From Pocillopora damicornis (Eukaryota), in the NCBI RefSeq assembly GCF_003704095.1, contig NW_020845073.1, forward strand, positions 434,267 to 498,000: a stretch of 63,734 nucleotides of DNA. The letters are read 5' to 3'. Of the stretch, positions 47,397 to 60,971 are shown piece after piece. The position numbers and the translations under genes were made by a program. The notes under the pieces were generated by a model that saw only the letters and a program-made list of their open reading frames with translations, was not told the origin of the DNA and ran no database searches. The first letter of the stretch is position 1. Each line of letters starts with the position of its first letter.

Positions 47397-49599
47397 TTAT
47401 CTTCAAAACTTTATTCCAAACCCGAGAGAGTACGTATCACCATAAGATCTCTGCTGTTGTTTTTCTCAATCCTAAAATTTTTCAAGCGTTTTTGTTCAGT
47501 CGTTCAAACGTACTCAATCCAAGCACAAAGTTCTTCTGCTTCTTTTCAGTTCTTGATGAATTACTGTAATCCACATTTGAGTTTTCCTTTCCGACTGAGT
47601 ACACTTTTTTAGCCACTTTCAGGCTAAAAGAACGTTTTCCCAGAAAAGGAAAGATTAGATAAGTGAAAAACTTGATAAACAAGATCAATGGCATGAAATA
47701 TTTTGACACTGCCCTTACAGAACAATGAGACCGCCTTCCAGTGAACCAGTAACCACCCAATAAATTACAGGTTGACCAAGCTCGATAACAGGAGTTTGCC
47801 AACACCATATTATTTTTACACAAAGGTGAATACATAAGGATATGAATGGAGGACACGGTTACATCAGGAAATCAGAAAGTGTCTAGAATTCAATTTAAAA
47901 AAAAGCAAAGAAAAGAAACTGATCTCGCTCCGTTCGCGCGTTTCTTCTGCACCTGTTTGGTTTTTTCAATTGACTCATGGCGATTCATAAGTTTTTTAGA
48001 AGCACTGTTTTTTCGTGCATCAAGGAAGGGCGCTGCAGAATACTCTGGGTTACCCCCTCAGATCATGAATCGTCAGTGGTAAAGCTAAAGGTAAACAACT
48101 ACTCGTAGGCCATGAAAGCTAGAACATGCCTGGGCAAGGACCTAGGATGGTTCTTTTCGGTGCAGGGGGGTTTGCAATGCAGCTGGAATGAAGAGAGTTA
48201 GCAGCTTCGGCTGCTACATAGCGTAAGTTTGGACTTCGTAAGGAGAGATGACAGGTTGTGCGGGACACGAGGTGCTGTTACACGACATAGCAATCGACCT
48301 TTCGTAGAGGAACTCGATCCTCTGACGGTTGACTAGCAAGACTGCTAGACACATGTATGTAATCTTTAAAATCCACCCGTAGCTTCGAGTTGGTATCAGT
48401 TATCGTAAGTAAATTGTTCTTTCTATTTTATTTCATGTTCATTTTTCATAGATGTGAAGTGTACTGGTAAGTCGGAATAGTTAGGAATTTGCTCCAGTTT
48501 TAGAGGATTCCCGCCGTGCCTGTGACGTCTTAGGAACTACTACATTCGGTGCATTAGACGTAAGCTTAAAAAAACTAATTTATTCTGTCAACTATAAGAA
48601 ATGACAGTTTTCACAAGTTGCGAGCAACGGTATTAAAAACTTATACCATGCGAGAAAGGAGCTGCTTTTGAGTTTTAACGCTATCTTCAAGGGGAATATT
48701 TCACATATGATAAATTTATACACAACGCTTCAATTTTGAAGTCGTTAGATTTGTCACGCAATCCACTTACATGTTGCTTCTCCACAGGAAGTTACGGAGC
48801 TACAATATTGCAGAATAGCAGCAGCCCATTAATTCCAATAGATTGAAACGAAAATCTTAAAGGTGTTTGTGCGCTCAAAAATTTTTCTTGTACAATGTTT
48901 TGTTAGTGACGATACATTTAAGGTCTAAAGTCTAAGGAGTGCCGAAGTGTTTTGACAAGAAACATCTCCAGATCCGGTAAAATTAGATTAACTCAAATGA
49001 CACGATAATAAGTTATCCTGGTCTTCACTTCCTCAGTGGAGTTCAGTTTCGCATACTTAGTAGAAAAACCCTTATTGTGGCAATTTTCATAACCCACAGG
49101 TTTTTTTTCTTGACTGAAAAGGATCACCTCATGGTCTCATCAACTGACAAAAATAACTGATCTTTTTTTTCATTTACGTCTATGAGCGTCTAGTTTGACT
49201 TGAACTTGATACATCACCAAATCCGCATCTCAGGCAGGACAAAGTGAAAACAACACTAGTTGTAGGAAAGTTCCGATTCTGGCGCAAACCATGATTTTAC
49301 CAGCAGCCTTCAATTAGTTATTAGATAAATTATTTGATAAGTGCTTGAACAGCCGGTTTTTGGACAAGTTCTTAGATAAAGTTTTGAATAGGTACTTATT
49401 GAGTCACTGCGATGAAATAATGGTTTGCGCCAGAATCGGCCCTTGGCTACTAATACATGCGCGAAAATCACCTGTATCACCATCTCTGACACTGATGACC
49501 ATGACGTGAAGCGACGTGACCGTGGAAGTTGTTAGGAGGATTCGCCACGTGATATATAGGCACTACACATCACTACTCAAATCCTTTCTTCTGTACCTC

Positions 49600-49800
49600 G
49601 ACAAAGGCAATGACATCGATAACGACGACATAACGATAACTACGACGATAAAGGTAAAGTATAACGAGAAACAATAACGACATTGACGACGATATTGTTG
49701 ACAACAACTGTAATGGCACCGAGAACGACAGTAATAAAGACAACGATATCGATGAAAGTAAACGAAACGATTAAAAAAAAAGACAAAAACAGCAACGACA
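49600..49800. repeat. Degenerate ACG/AAC/ATA trinucleotide low-complexity tract
   Basis: AACGACGACATAACGATAACTACGACGATAA...; the overlapping ORF is compositional only. Confidence 0.7.
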
Positions 49801-52800
49801 AGTATTTCAGTTCCGTATTGTTTACTCTTTAGATCGATAGTTACAAGCAAGAATGACGTACAGTTGGCGTGGACAGGCATTAAAACCGACACTAAGTTCT
49901 TAATTCATCTGGAGGCGACTGCCTCGATGAATGTAAGTATAACAAAATAAGAGACATCGCATAATTGTGCTGCGCCATAAAACGTTTACTAAACAAGTCT
50001 TTACTATGCTGGTAACCGCCGAAGACAACCCCCCCTCCCACCCAACTCCCCACGTGCCTTACCTTGAATAAGCGCTGCGCCGCTGGCCCGATACGGTCGG
50101 CTTAAATATGCAAAGAGTTATCTTATGTACTTCGATCTTACATTAGTATTTGGATATGTTGAGGGATCTTAGAGCAAATCTTCTGGATTGGACAGACAGC
50201 GTACCCTTCTACGCTGGAGCTCTTAGAATCAGATCAAGAAGGGGTCAGTAAGATCGAAGTTGAGTGTATACACCACTGGTAATGCACTGGTTATCATCCC
50301 GAAAATGTCCTCCCAAAATTAGGATGCATGCTCTCTCCAAATTCCTAAGGCCGTGCTAATGCCACTAATCCCTACTTTATTCGTTCCTATCCTTCGTGTA
50401 TCCAAGAGTAAAAAAGGAAACGGCCTGAAGCGCGGGAAAATGCCGGTAACCAACACGCAGTTGGGTTTTGGTGGCGCCGCATGATCGGTGAAGAGGATGC
50501 AGTGAGGTTTGCGGACCAATCACAGAGCGAAGTACAATAAATCCAATGCAATAATACTTTCAATAATCAAATGATGATTGATTTGAAAGGAGTTAACGCT
50601 TGCTTCATCGTGAATCGCATGGACGACTGAGCGCCTTAAGTGTCTTGTAAGACTTAAATCGAGTCATTAGACAATGACTTCAAATTGCTTAAAAGCGCCT
50701 TGGATTAAAATGCACAAATTGAAAATCATCTAAAGGTTCAAAATTACCAAGTGAATACAAAAGAAAATTTCCCGATCCAATATTGTTCCTCCCCCCCTAA
50801 TTTTCGCCTAAGTGCCTCTTATTTTGTCACCATTAACTAAACTATTACAAGGAAAGCCATCTAAGAGCTACGTGACGTCTCAACGTAACTGGGGTTATTG
50901 AACCATACAGACAGGTTGAATTTAGAAGCTACGGTAATTTGAAGATGATCAAGGTATGAATCAAGTTTTACTTGGCGCCATAGGATTTTCTGAAAGCGAT
51001 AGAAATGCTTTGAATTTCACAAATGGTTGTAATGAGTTACTTTCTATGCGAGTGAAAAGACACACGTATCTTCTTAATCACTGAATACCTTATTGATAAT
51101 TTGGAAGGCTAATGTTGTAGCGAAGACGTCACGAGCGCAATCATATGTTAATTGAATCCTTTATTATTACACGGAAGATTTTTGGGTGGCGTCGGTAATA
51201 TTTCGTAATGGATCGTCGGTGCCGTAAAAACGGTTAGAGTAACAAAACGTGATTTAAAGGTGGTAAGGTGCCAAAGAGAGAGGAACGTTGCAAATGAACA
51301 GAAGGTGAGATATTGTAGAACATATCTGAATTAATAGTTTGTGAATCTGTCAAGACCTCAAGTTAAACAGCGTTACCTACTGGTAGTCACGCGAAGCTAA
51401 GTCTGACATAGGTGTTAATTTGACTTAATACCGTCTTTGTGGTTGGGTAAATTGGTTGCTGTTAGATTTCCTCTCTGGTGGTTCATTTCAAATGAAGTTA
51501 TTGAGCAGTGCTTCGATCGTCAACGGAAGTGAATGTCACATAAACATTGTCCACATTGGTTAGTTCAGTTAGTTTCTTTCTCGAGAGAGGAATCACTACG
51601 TTACGTGATCATTTAATCATCCGATGTAGGTTTAGTTCGGCTATCAAGTGGAATTAGAGCCAGCGGGAATTTTTTTTCCTCAAAAACTTATTTTGTTTCA
51701 TACAGAGAGCAGTTGATCTATCGAACAAAAGATGAAGAGAAATTGTTATGACAATAACTGAAAGCCGCCTGGCGCTTTTTGTATTCATTGGCAACTTGCT
51801 TTTAGCTGCGCACATTCGAATTGGTAGTTGTGCATTTTTTCCGGTCCACGACTCATTGTTCTAGTTTGGAAGATAACGCCATTACTAAAAAGACAAGAGC
51901 TGACAATTTTCGTTGAGTTTAAATTTCAGCCGCTTGAGTTAACTTCAATGGAATTTTTGGTCTTTCAGAGTTTCTTGTTTACATTACGAATCGCAAAGAT
52001 AATAAAGATATTGACTTAAAAAGTCAACTGTCCGTATCAAGTGGTCAATACCGGAGTGACACTCCGTAAAAGCATGGTATACGTCACATGTTCAGATTGT
52101 GTTGTGTTTGTAAACAACTTTGTGTGCTGCCGTGGAAATCAACGTTTACTATTAATCTGGAAGAGTTTAAAGTGAAAAGTGTTTTGGAGAATCATAACAG
52201 AGTGTCTTGACTCTTCACCAGTACCCGTTCCTTTTTAATTTATGCACGATGACCGAACTACCAAACTTGTAGGTTAAAGTTTCTTTCTTGTTGTAAGATG
52301 GACTCGTCCATTTTGCGACATAGCCGACTCCTTGAACTCAAGCAATCTATTGAATGGATTTTCCGCTAGAATTTTTATTTCAAAACTAAACAAATTGGTA
52401 TATATACAAAGAGAAGCTTAAGGATTAAATGAAGGAGCAGTCTCAAATGATGGCATTAACATTTATACGAAATATAAAATATTTGATATGATATGGTTCG
52501 CTTTATATCGCAAAACACTTGCTACTCCTAAATGGTCGCATAATTGCTACTACATGTATGTTCTTAAGCAGAAGATCTCTATGCCTCGACTAACCACACA
52601 GTGAATGAAAATATAACAGTTTTCTTGTACCACGTGTGGTTCAAGAACAGATATCGAAGTTGGATTTTTAAACAACAGCATCAACAAAATGGCTTCAAAT
52701 CCTATGGAGCCACTTTTAAGGAAGTATTTAGAGATGCAATTTGAATGAAGGTGAAATTAGGCATCATATAACTCTTCCTCCATTCAATTTTGTACAGTCA

Positions 52801-53493
52801 CAGGAAACAAAGTGCGATATTATACCAAGGAGGAGGAATTGAAAGTAAGGTTGTTAGGAATAAAATATTAGTATTCCATTTTAAAATGGAGCAATTTAAA
52901 TGGTAACGTGTCAACCATTTCATCGCCAATTGGAGTTCTGTTCATTTTCTAATCACATTCACCGATGTTCAAATGATAATATATAATGGATTTCCTGGTG
53001 TCACTGAGTTCAGATTAACATTAATTTACATGTATAAGGTCTTTTCTCTCTCTTATCAGCATATCTTATCCTTGGTACTGTCGTAAATTTTACCTGATCG
53101 CGTAGCGCTGACGTGTGATATTGTGAAACTAGGCACACTACAGCGCCTAGTTACTTTCTTTAAATATCGCATTGAAGATCATTGTGTTACGAGTTCTATA
53201 TATGTATGCAATCATATTCTTGGGAAAACTAGAGCCATTCATGAAGAATAGAGTTCCTTTCCTTTTCATACGAGGTATACTGTTGCATTAATGATGATTA
53301 ATGACGAAATATGTCACATAGATTGCACTTGAAAATAATGTAAGATTACGAATTTGTCATGTCCTTATCGTCTGACAGCTAACGATGGTGATGCCAGGTT
53401 GATTTCAACTATTTTTTTTTCGTTCATATGATATTCAGCAGGAATCATTTCTGCCCTAAACTGGCCAGGAACAGATAGAAATTGCGTAGCCCG

Positions 53494-56010
53494 ATGAGAG
53501 GAATGGAACTTAATGGAGGTATGAATTTTCTCTCTTGAGTAGTATGTTTGTTTTAGGGTTTTATGATTCCTACAAGTAAATGAAAAGTGTACAAATCAAA
53601 GTAAACGTCACACTTTGAAATGTACGCGTTCACATTCTTTGTTAGTTCTGGTGGACACCTTTAGGTCTTCGGAACAAAAGCCAATGTCCTATCACAAATT
53701 TATGCGGTAAAAGGAAAGGCTGTTGAAGATGGTGATCATGACAAAAGACAAGCTGTCCGAACACTCTGGATTAGTTTTTAGTGGTTCAAAGAGACATCAT
53801 TATGTAAGAGAAGACTGATCGATCCATTACCTGAGGAAAGAGGAAAAAGTAGGGGGCTAGAGCTAACATCGTAGAATGGAGAAAAAAACAAAATGGAAAA
53901 CTATCCTAAATTATGTTGATGGAATCTCTTAGCCTGAGTTAGAAAAATAAGCAGAAATATTGTAAACCCTTAACTCCTATGAGTAACTAAGACAGAATTT
54001 TTCCTTATATTATCAATACAATACCAAATAGAAAAAGGATGAGAACAAAGAGACATGTCAGTTAGGGGATTGTTAGTTGATCCAATGCAATACCATTCTC
54101 TCCAAACTGACATCGTAAGAATTATATGGCAGATAGTAAGGAGAATTGCTATTCAGATTTTGGGAGTTGAAAGGTTAATCAGACAGCAAACAAATATGCA
54201 TATTTCACCTGCCATTTTCGAAAAAACAATTTGAATTAAAAACTCATGCATAAAGAGACATTCCTTAGGCGTTCGAATGACAGTTTTTGAACTGAATTGT
54301 GCGTTATGACAGCCAGATCATGTCACGGGAACGTCAATGTTTTCCCGCTCGACCAAGATGGCAAAGCCTCACGTTATAATCCAATTAGAATCTTCTTTCA
54401 CAATAAATTTGTCTCTGAACCCCCCAACGTCCTCAGATCTATTTCATAATTCTCCCCTTCAGCTGCTACCAGTTTTCTTCCGAATAATTTTTTGCACCCT
54501 CCCACGTATAGGCATGTCTACTCTCATGGCCTGACTACAGGTTAGTGAATGATATATCTAGAAGATGTTTCGTTTCCAACACTTAAAAAGCTCTTCAAGA
54601 CCACGTTACATTGCATTTTCGTTTTTGACCAATCGGATTAATTTGTCTTTGTTTACAGTCTTACGTAATGGCCACATCAAGCAGCAAAATCTCAATATAT
54701 CAGAGAACGAAGAGATAAAAAAATCATCTCTTACCGTCTCAGATCAAACCGACGAGGAAGAGGAAGGAGATCATGTTACACCTCTGCCTGGTTCAACTGT
54801 AAATCTTGATATAGTCAGTTGGCCATCAGAAGATACAGACCCATCAGGGCAGGTCCGCGTTACAGTCATACCTTCGGCTCAGGTTTGTGTGCTATCAGCC
54901 TTTCTCTAAATAAGTAGTTTTTTAAATAATTATTTTTTTTACATTTCTTCAGTAAGGTACGCCAAACAGTAAGGAAGACTAACGACGCTGTTAACGTCAA
55001 GTGCACTAACATAAATCTCATTATTTTTGTCGAAGGACGAATCTAGAAGAAAATCTCGTTATTCAACATATCAGCAATCTCCGCCATTACTTATTCCTCG
55101 GCCAGACAACCACATTTGTCTGGCAATAACTGCAATAATCTGTTGCTGCCTACCTTTTGGTGTGGTCGGATTCATTTGTGCACTACAGGTAAAATACCCC
55201 AGAGGTATACATGCTCGTTTGCTGTGGCTGACACTTTGTTTTTACTTATTTGATTGGATAGTGTTTGAAACTTGAAGTGGACTTAAACGAAACCAATACT
55301 AAATGACCTTAAAAACCCACCATGGCAAAACGAACTAAGCTTTTAGGCTTTAAAAATAATTCTTCGAACATTAGCGGTTATCACGAATCTCATTCATATT
55401 TACTATTTTGCTTCAATTAAGAGAAATGAAGAAATAAATTCAAAACCTCAAGAGAGTGGTGACCGACCAAACACGGAAACAAAAAAATCTCTGAAAAGAA
55501 AGGAAATAAAATTGAATCATACGGTCTTCTTAGCTGGAGTTTTCCTCACAGTGCCATCTTGTTGATGTTTGAATATTTTCAAAGAACAAGAAGAATAATT
55601 TTAAAATCTTAGAAATCTCACCACTCCATCGCACAATTTTTATTTCTGGTACCAATCTTGTGCCAGGTCTCTTTTCACGAGTAACAAGGTTATTTGCCAA
55701 GACCCAACGTTGACTGGAAAAAAGACTAGTACCAATTTGCTTCCACTTCATTTGAAACCACTCGAAGCATTTGCTCTGCCTCAGAAGTATAATTATCGTG
55801 ACTGTGATTATTAGATTTGTGATACAGTCTGTTATGTTCACCTCATTACAGGTGGACAGAACCTACGATGATGGAAACAGAGAAGGTGCTGTGCAGAAAT
55901 CGAAAAATGCAAAGTACTGGAGTATGACGGCTATTGTGTTTGGCATGCTGGGAATAGTTGGAGCGTCATTTTATCTGATATTCTTTCATCTCGTTCCTTC
56001 TATCTCATAG
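53494..56010 (+). CDS. CD225/dispanin protein b (PRRT2/TMEM233/SynDIG-like acidic N-terminus); exons 53494-53518 (start tentative), 54659-54882, 55036-55188, 55852-56010
   Basis: PRPDNHICLAITAIICCCLPFGVVGFICALQ|VDRTYDDGNREGAVQKSKNAKYWSMTAIVFG is a CD225 domain plus TM. The three 3' exons are solid. The first coding exon (MRGMELNG G|gtatga, phase 1) is a best guess; 52689-52723 plus 54512-54540 is an alternative. Confidence 0.78.
53963..54178. mobile_element. Diverged piggyBac-type MITE copy
   Basis: TAAA|CCCTTAACTCC ... GGGAGTTGAAAGG|TTAA; interior resembles the 19538-20075 copy in the opposite orientation. Confidence 0.75.
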
Positions 56011-56612
56011 TTTTTGGGAGTTCACTTCAAATTTCAGGCGTGACTAAATTTCATATCATGCGAAACAAGAATGGAGAAGGTTTGATGAACCTCAGCGTAG
56101 AATATGCGACAGTCAATCTGAGTCTCTGTTCAGTCCTGGCTTGGAGGTAGGACCATCTGCATGGGATGATGGTATCATATCCTAAGGTTCTTCCTCGCTG
56201 GCCTTTCACCAGCAACTAGCGATGCGCGTGTGGATGGTAGAACCAAGAACATGGTAGAAATCTACCTTAAACATAAGATAATCTACGATCAACAAGAAGA
56301 AAAAAACTTTAACGGAAGAGGTTGCGTTATGGCCGATGCAAAAAGGAGTGGTGTTTCGGACAGCACAAAACTACGATAGGCAAACCTCTCAGCCTGATCT
56401 AACTGCTAAGAGTCAGTTGGATCGATAAAGTCAAGTCATTCAAAGGGTGAATTTCTCAGAAAATACTGAAAACATACTTGATTGCCTCAACATCCTACAA
56501 AACCCCATGTAAATAACTCGTTTCGATTTTCCTCTCTTAATAATTATGCGATTGTGCGTCAAACCATAACAATGAGACTTCAGCTTGTTAGTTTGAAGTA
56601 TGGCTCTCTTTA

Positions 56613-56805
56613 CCAACCCTTTGACCTCTAAAACAGACCAGTATCGTATTTCTCCCCACAATATAACCCTTGAAACACGCATGAAGGTCACGAGAATAAA
56701 GGAAATGATCACCAACTAAACAAATTTTCCATGTGAGCACCTAAGGAAATGCATGAAGGACAGTTTGGAGAATATGTATACTGATGTTAAGGTGTAAGGG
56801 GTCAA
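56613..56805. mobile_element. Diverged piggyBac-type MITE copy
   Basis: CCCTTTGACCTCTAA...GAGAATAAAGGAAATGATCACCA...GGAGAATATGTATACTGATGTTA shares long exact blocks with the 40103 copy. Confidence 0.8.
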
Positions 56806-58538
56806 GCAAAGTTGTCATTCCGGCTTTCAAACACGATTTTACGGCACAGCGGCAGATCCAGACGTAATTAACTTTAACCAAAGATACGATGGGACTCCCT
56901 TCTAAAGACATTTACATTTTTTAATCATACGCTGGCAGCGATAAAGCAAACGGAAGAATGAGTTCCGAAACGCCTTCTGGTTGAAACCGAAAAATTGCTT
57001 GATGAACGAAATAATGTAATTCTTTCATTCGAACACTGAGTGCTGAATCTCTGTGTCAAACAAAGAGATTTTGCAATACAGTACTGGTAATTTACCTGTG
57101 CTCTGTCTTCAATACATTAACCAATGTAACTGTAACGTACTATGAGTTTGAAAAATAATAAATATAAATAATTTAACTCTTTTGAGGCTTACACTCGGCT
57201 CTTTAACTCTGTAAGATGATTTGAAGCTGGCAACTGTCGACGATACTTCTGATCTTATTCTTCTTTTAAGACACGTCTATATAAATTTGCATGATAATTA
57301 CCGCTGAACGAAAATATTGCTTTCGCTTGTGAGTTGTTATTGCACAAGGTCACGATATCACACCTAGCTTCACACGTAAACTTTGTTTTGAGGAAATACT
57401 CGACAAGAGAGCCAATTTTTGTAGCCTGATCTTTGTTATAGCCGATTGGCAAAGCTACGCGAGAAACAACTTCTTATCATTGGTGTGTATCCACAGAGTC
57501 AGGTACGTGAATTTCTGCACAAGCTTTCTAATATTGCGTCTAGTTCTTGATAGTATTTGCGATTGGCCATTTAGCTACCTGCTGGTTGAAACCAAAAGTT
57601 TTTCAAACCTTGCGCTTCGAAATGATTGAAAGAGCACAGGAACGAAGTTTCTGCCTCGTAAAGCAACGAATTTAAAGCGCCCGAGGTCCATTTGGAAAAA
57701 CATGTCGCTGCTAATTGATGCTATATGTAAACAGATCAAAGAAACTAGATCATTAGATACTTACTTAGTTCTAACTACTTATTAATTGCGGTTTGGCCTT
57801 TGAAAAAATAGAGGGGCTATGTTTAATGTCACAATTTTAAATTTTTTAAAGGAGTTTTTTTTTCTAAAGCCGAAAGAAATAAAAATATCATTTAAATTTT
57901 ACGAGAAACGCTTGCGTGACATTTAGCAGCGTTAAGTTCATCATAGGAAATTTTGGAGGTCGATAACTGCAACGATTTGTCTTTCTTTGATTTTTTTTAA
58001 ATTCAAAAACAATTTTAGCAAGCTAGTTTGCACTCTGATGATTTTTTGGTAGGGAATGAATAGGTCTTTTGGATCGTCAGTCCGGATTTGCCCATCGAAG
58101 AAAATTTACATATCATACGAATCCTTTTAAAGGCGAATGAAGTCGGTGCTCATAAAAATATCACTTTCTCACCCTACAAATCTCCCCACAATAAATTATT
58201 TTGTAATACGTCATGGATTTCGATAGGTGTTTGCCACTGTAGCAAATGTGCTCAGGTGTGTTATGCTGAGGCGTGACTTGTTCACTCACCAGAAGGGTTT
58301 TAGCTTGTGTCACGCTCTCAGTCCGCGGCGCATGAAAAACAGGGGGTCACATAAACGAGCTGTTGTTTACTTCACAACTACAACCGCTCGTTGTCTCTCG
58401 CCCGCCTTGTACTTAGTCTCCACGGACTGAGGGCCTGGAGCCTGTAATTCCATAAGAGAGCCAGGAAGAATCATGTGACTAATTATGACGTTGTTGTCGA
58501 TTTTTTCATAACATTGCAGATCACATTTAAAAGACGCC

Positions 58539-59585
58539 ATGAGTAACTTTGTTTGGTGGAGGAACATGCTGGGTCAAAAGCTAACAGATGAAGAAATGAG
58601 AAACATAAAGTACCCGGAAACAGAACTCTACACTCATGTTACTTTCAAGACCATTCAAGCTGGGGCGCTTCTTGGTATGGTCATTATTGCTCCTGTAGTT
58701 CGCCTTGCTGCTAGCCCTCGCACTTTAGGGGCCGTTAAAGAGACAGCTCTTCGGTATGGAAGAAATGGAGCGATCATTGGGATTCCTCTGGGACCTCTAA
58801 TGACTTTTGCAAAGGCTAACAGTGGTGCAGGCATTGATGATGACGGAATGTTTGATCGTACATATAGATTAAGGTACAAAGATTTTAAGAATTTATGTAT
58901 ATGCATAGCCTCTTTTTTCGAGATGTGTTGAAATCAACCTAACCCTATAACCCCTTAGAGCGACTAACAAATCATTTATCCTAGTGATATCGATCACAGC
59001 CGAGTCAAAGACTTAAGTTATAAGAATGATGTCAATGATTGCCGTGTAAAGAGGCTCTGGACTGTTAAACAAACTCTCTCAGTCAGTGCTGTTGGTAATG
59101 TGCAGAGGAAATCGTGTAGGGATGTAAAGGATTGAAAAGGGTGTGTTTTTCCAGTTTTCTGAAAATCAAATTATTTCTTGTCCTTCACAATTTCCTGGCA
59201 TATTTGCACGCATATACACAGTTCTCAGCTTTAAAGGTGAGCTGGACTTGCGAAGGAGACGAAGGGGGTAAATATCTTTGTACTTGTGTGTACCTGGTAG
59301 TCCATTAAGTTTGCAGTCCTTTGTACTTGTTTTTACCTGGTACTCCGTTAAGTTTGCAGTAGGTTTGATCACAAGAATGCTAAAAGATGCATTCTACTAT
59401 TTTGATCCAGGTATAACCGGAACCAAATACGAGTAGATCAAGCTTCCATTCTTGGATCCGTAGGAGGTGCAAGTGGGAACTTTTTGCTAGGGGGCTCAGC
59501 TGTGTCAGGTGCCGTGGTAGGCCTGGTTGGAGGAACTATCGCTATGGGTCTATACAACACAGTTAATGCCGAGAGGCATAAATGA
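58539..59585 (+). CDS. DUF1757-like Gly-rich membrane protein, 169 aa; exons 58539-58873, 59411-59585
   Basis: Open frame across a phase-2 GT-AG intron. The motifs P.TELY.HV..K..Q.G..LG and DRTYRLRYNRNQIRVD resemble DUF1757 (recognition only); several G/A-rich hydrophobic helices. Confidence 0.75.
58940..59134. mobile_element. Old piggyBac-type MITE copy in the DUF1757-like intron
   Basis: CTAA|CCCTATAACCCCTTAG ... TAGGGATGTAAAGGG; colinear with the 40103 copy but diverged. Confidence 0.6.
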
Positions 59586-60971
59586 ACTTGAAACATAGAT
59601 GCTTTTGTTTACGACGGGAAGGAAAAATCAGCGCTGTAAGAGTTCATGTTCATTTCGACTGTAATTTCATTGACCGGGCGCAGTAACATATGATTTGAGG
59701 TTTTTTATCTTTTCGTGTTTATCAGTAATCCATGTCATTGAAGTAGAATGTCTCAACATTTGTAGAAGTACCAATGCAAAATTCTATCATATCTGAGGTA
59801 TATAAAGATGATCACATTAAACTCGTCGTAAACTCGAGAATTATAGAATTAGAAGTAGCGAAAAGAGGCTGAAAGCAAGCGTATAACGAATGAGACGAAC
59901 GAAATATGAATACTGGACCGCTTTCTATTTTTGTTTATAAGCCGGAGATATAAGTTCAACAGTGTGCAACAACAAACGACTGTCAAAAAAATGCGTGTAT
60001 TCCATTTTGGAAATTGCTCGTGGAGAGAAACAAAAGATTTATTTTTCCGTCGGCCATTTGACTATTTCATTATGCCAACTCTAGTAAAACAGTGTGCCAA
60101 GACCGCCAACAAATTTGTTGAAACTGAGCGATGCACGACGGTAGGTGACTAACGCATGCGCTACAATACTAGCTTGCGAAAAAACACTGAGTTTGAGCCT
60201 TGGCTCAAAAGCCTTTTACTTTGTATGTTTCGTTTTCTGAAATTTTTCTTGTTGGAATTTCAACGTAGACATCTCGACCCGGATGCTAGTGTGAAGAATC
60301 CTACCGGCTAACACAGGGCCTCTCGAATGCCCAATCCTCATCAGGCCTCGATTCTTTCTTTTTCCACGAACACAACGAGTGAATTGAATAAATCCTGTAG
60401 TACCTAACCAGACGCCACTTTCTCAGTGATCATTTTGCGACAGCCAGGGTCACATACCTCGGCGTTATTGATTCTTTTGGGTTAGTGAGTGCTGACATGA
60501 CATGATAGGTTTACAGAATAATAAACAGGCAATGAAAAGAGGTATACTAAACACCCGTTTATTGCTCGAACTTTAAAGTCAATACAAAGAAGAAAAGACT
60601 AGCGTAAATGCAAAAATCTGCTTATCATCCATCCATCTTCATGCAAGACGGGATTCCATCTTTTTAATAAAATCTAAAATCCAGTCAAATTGTAAGCGCA
60701 CGAAAGAAGATTTCATTCGGTACAGCGACGAGCGGTAAAAATTACGCTGTAACTGTAAAATGTAACCGTAAAATGTAATGGCCATCAGGATTTTAAAAAA
60801 ATTTAGAAAAGAACTAAACCTCGATTGGAAATAATTGAAATTTATGCTAAATTATGTTAAGATAAACAGTTGAGTACGTGTTATATGACCAAAATTTTAC
60901 AAAAGAGAAAAAACCCGATTTGGCAAATGAGCTCTACCTTAATCTTCTGCATGTTCTGTAGACTAAATTAA

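Noticed and set aside
47906-47921. ISRE-like GAAAAGAAACT
   Set aside because: One-base spacer in an A-rich run; likely chance.
49563-49892. 109-aa Cys/Arg/Val-rich ORF
   Set aside because: Translation of a degenerate trinucleotide tract.
59276-59361. 43-bp tandem duplication in an intron
   Set aside because: Two units only; ordinary local slippage.
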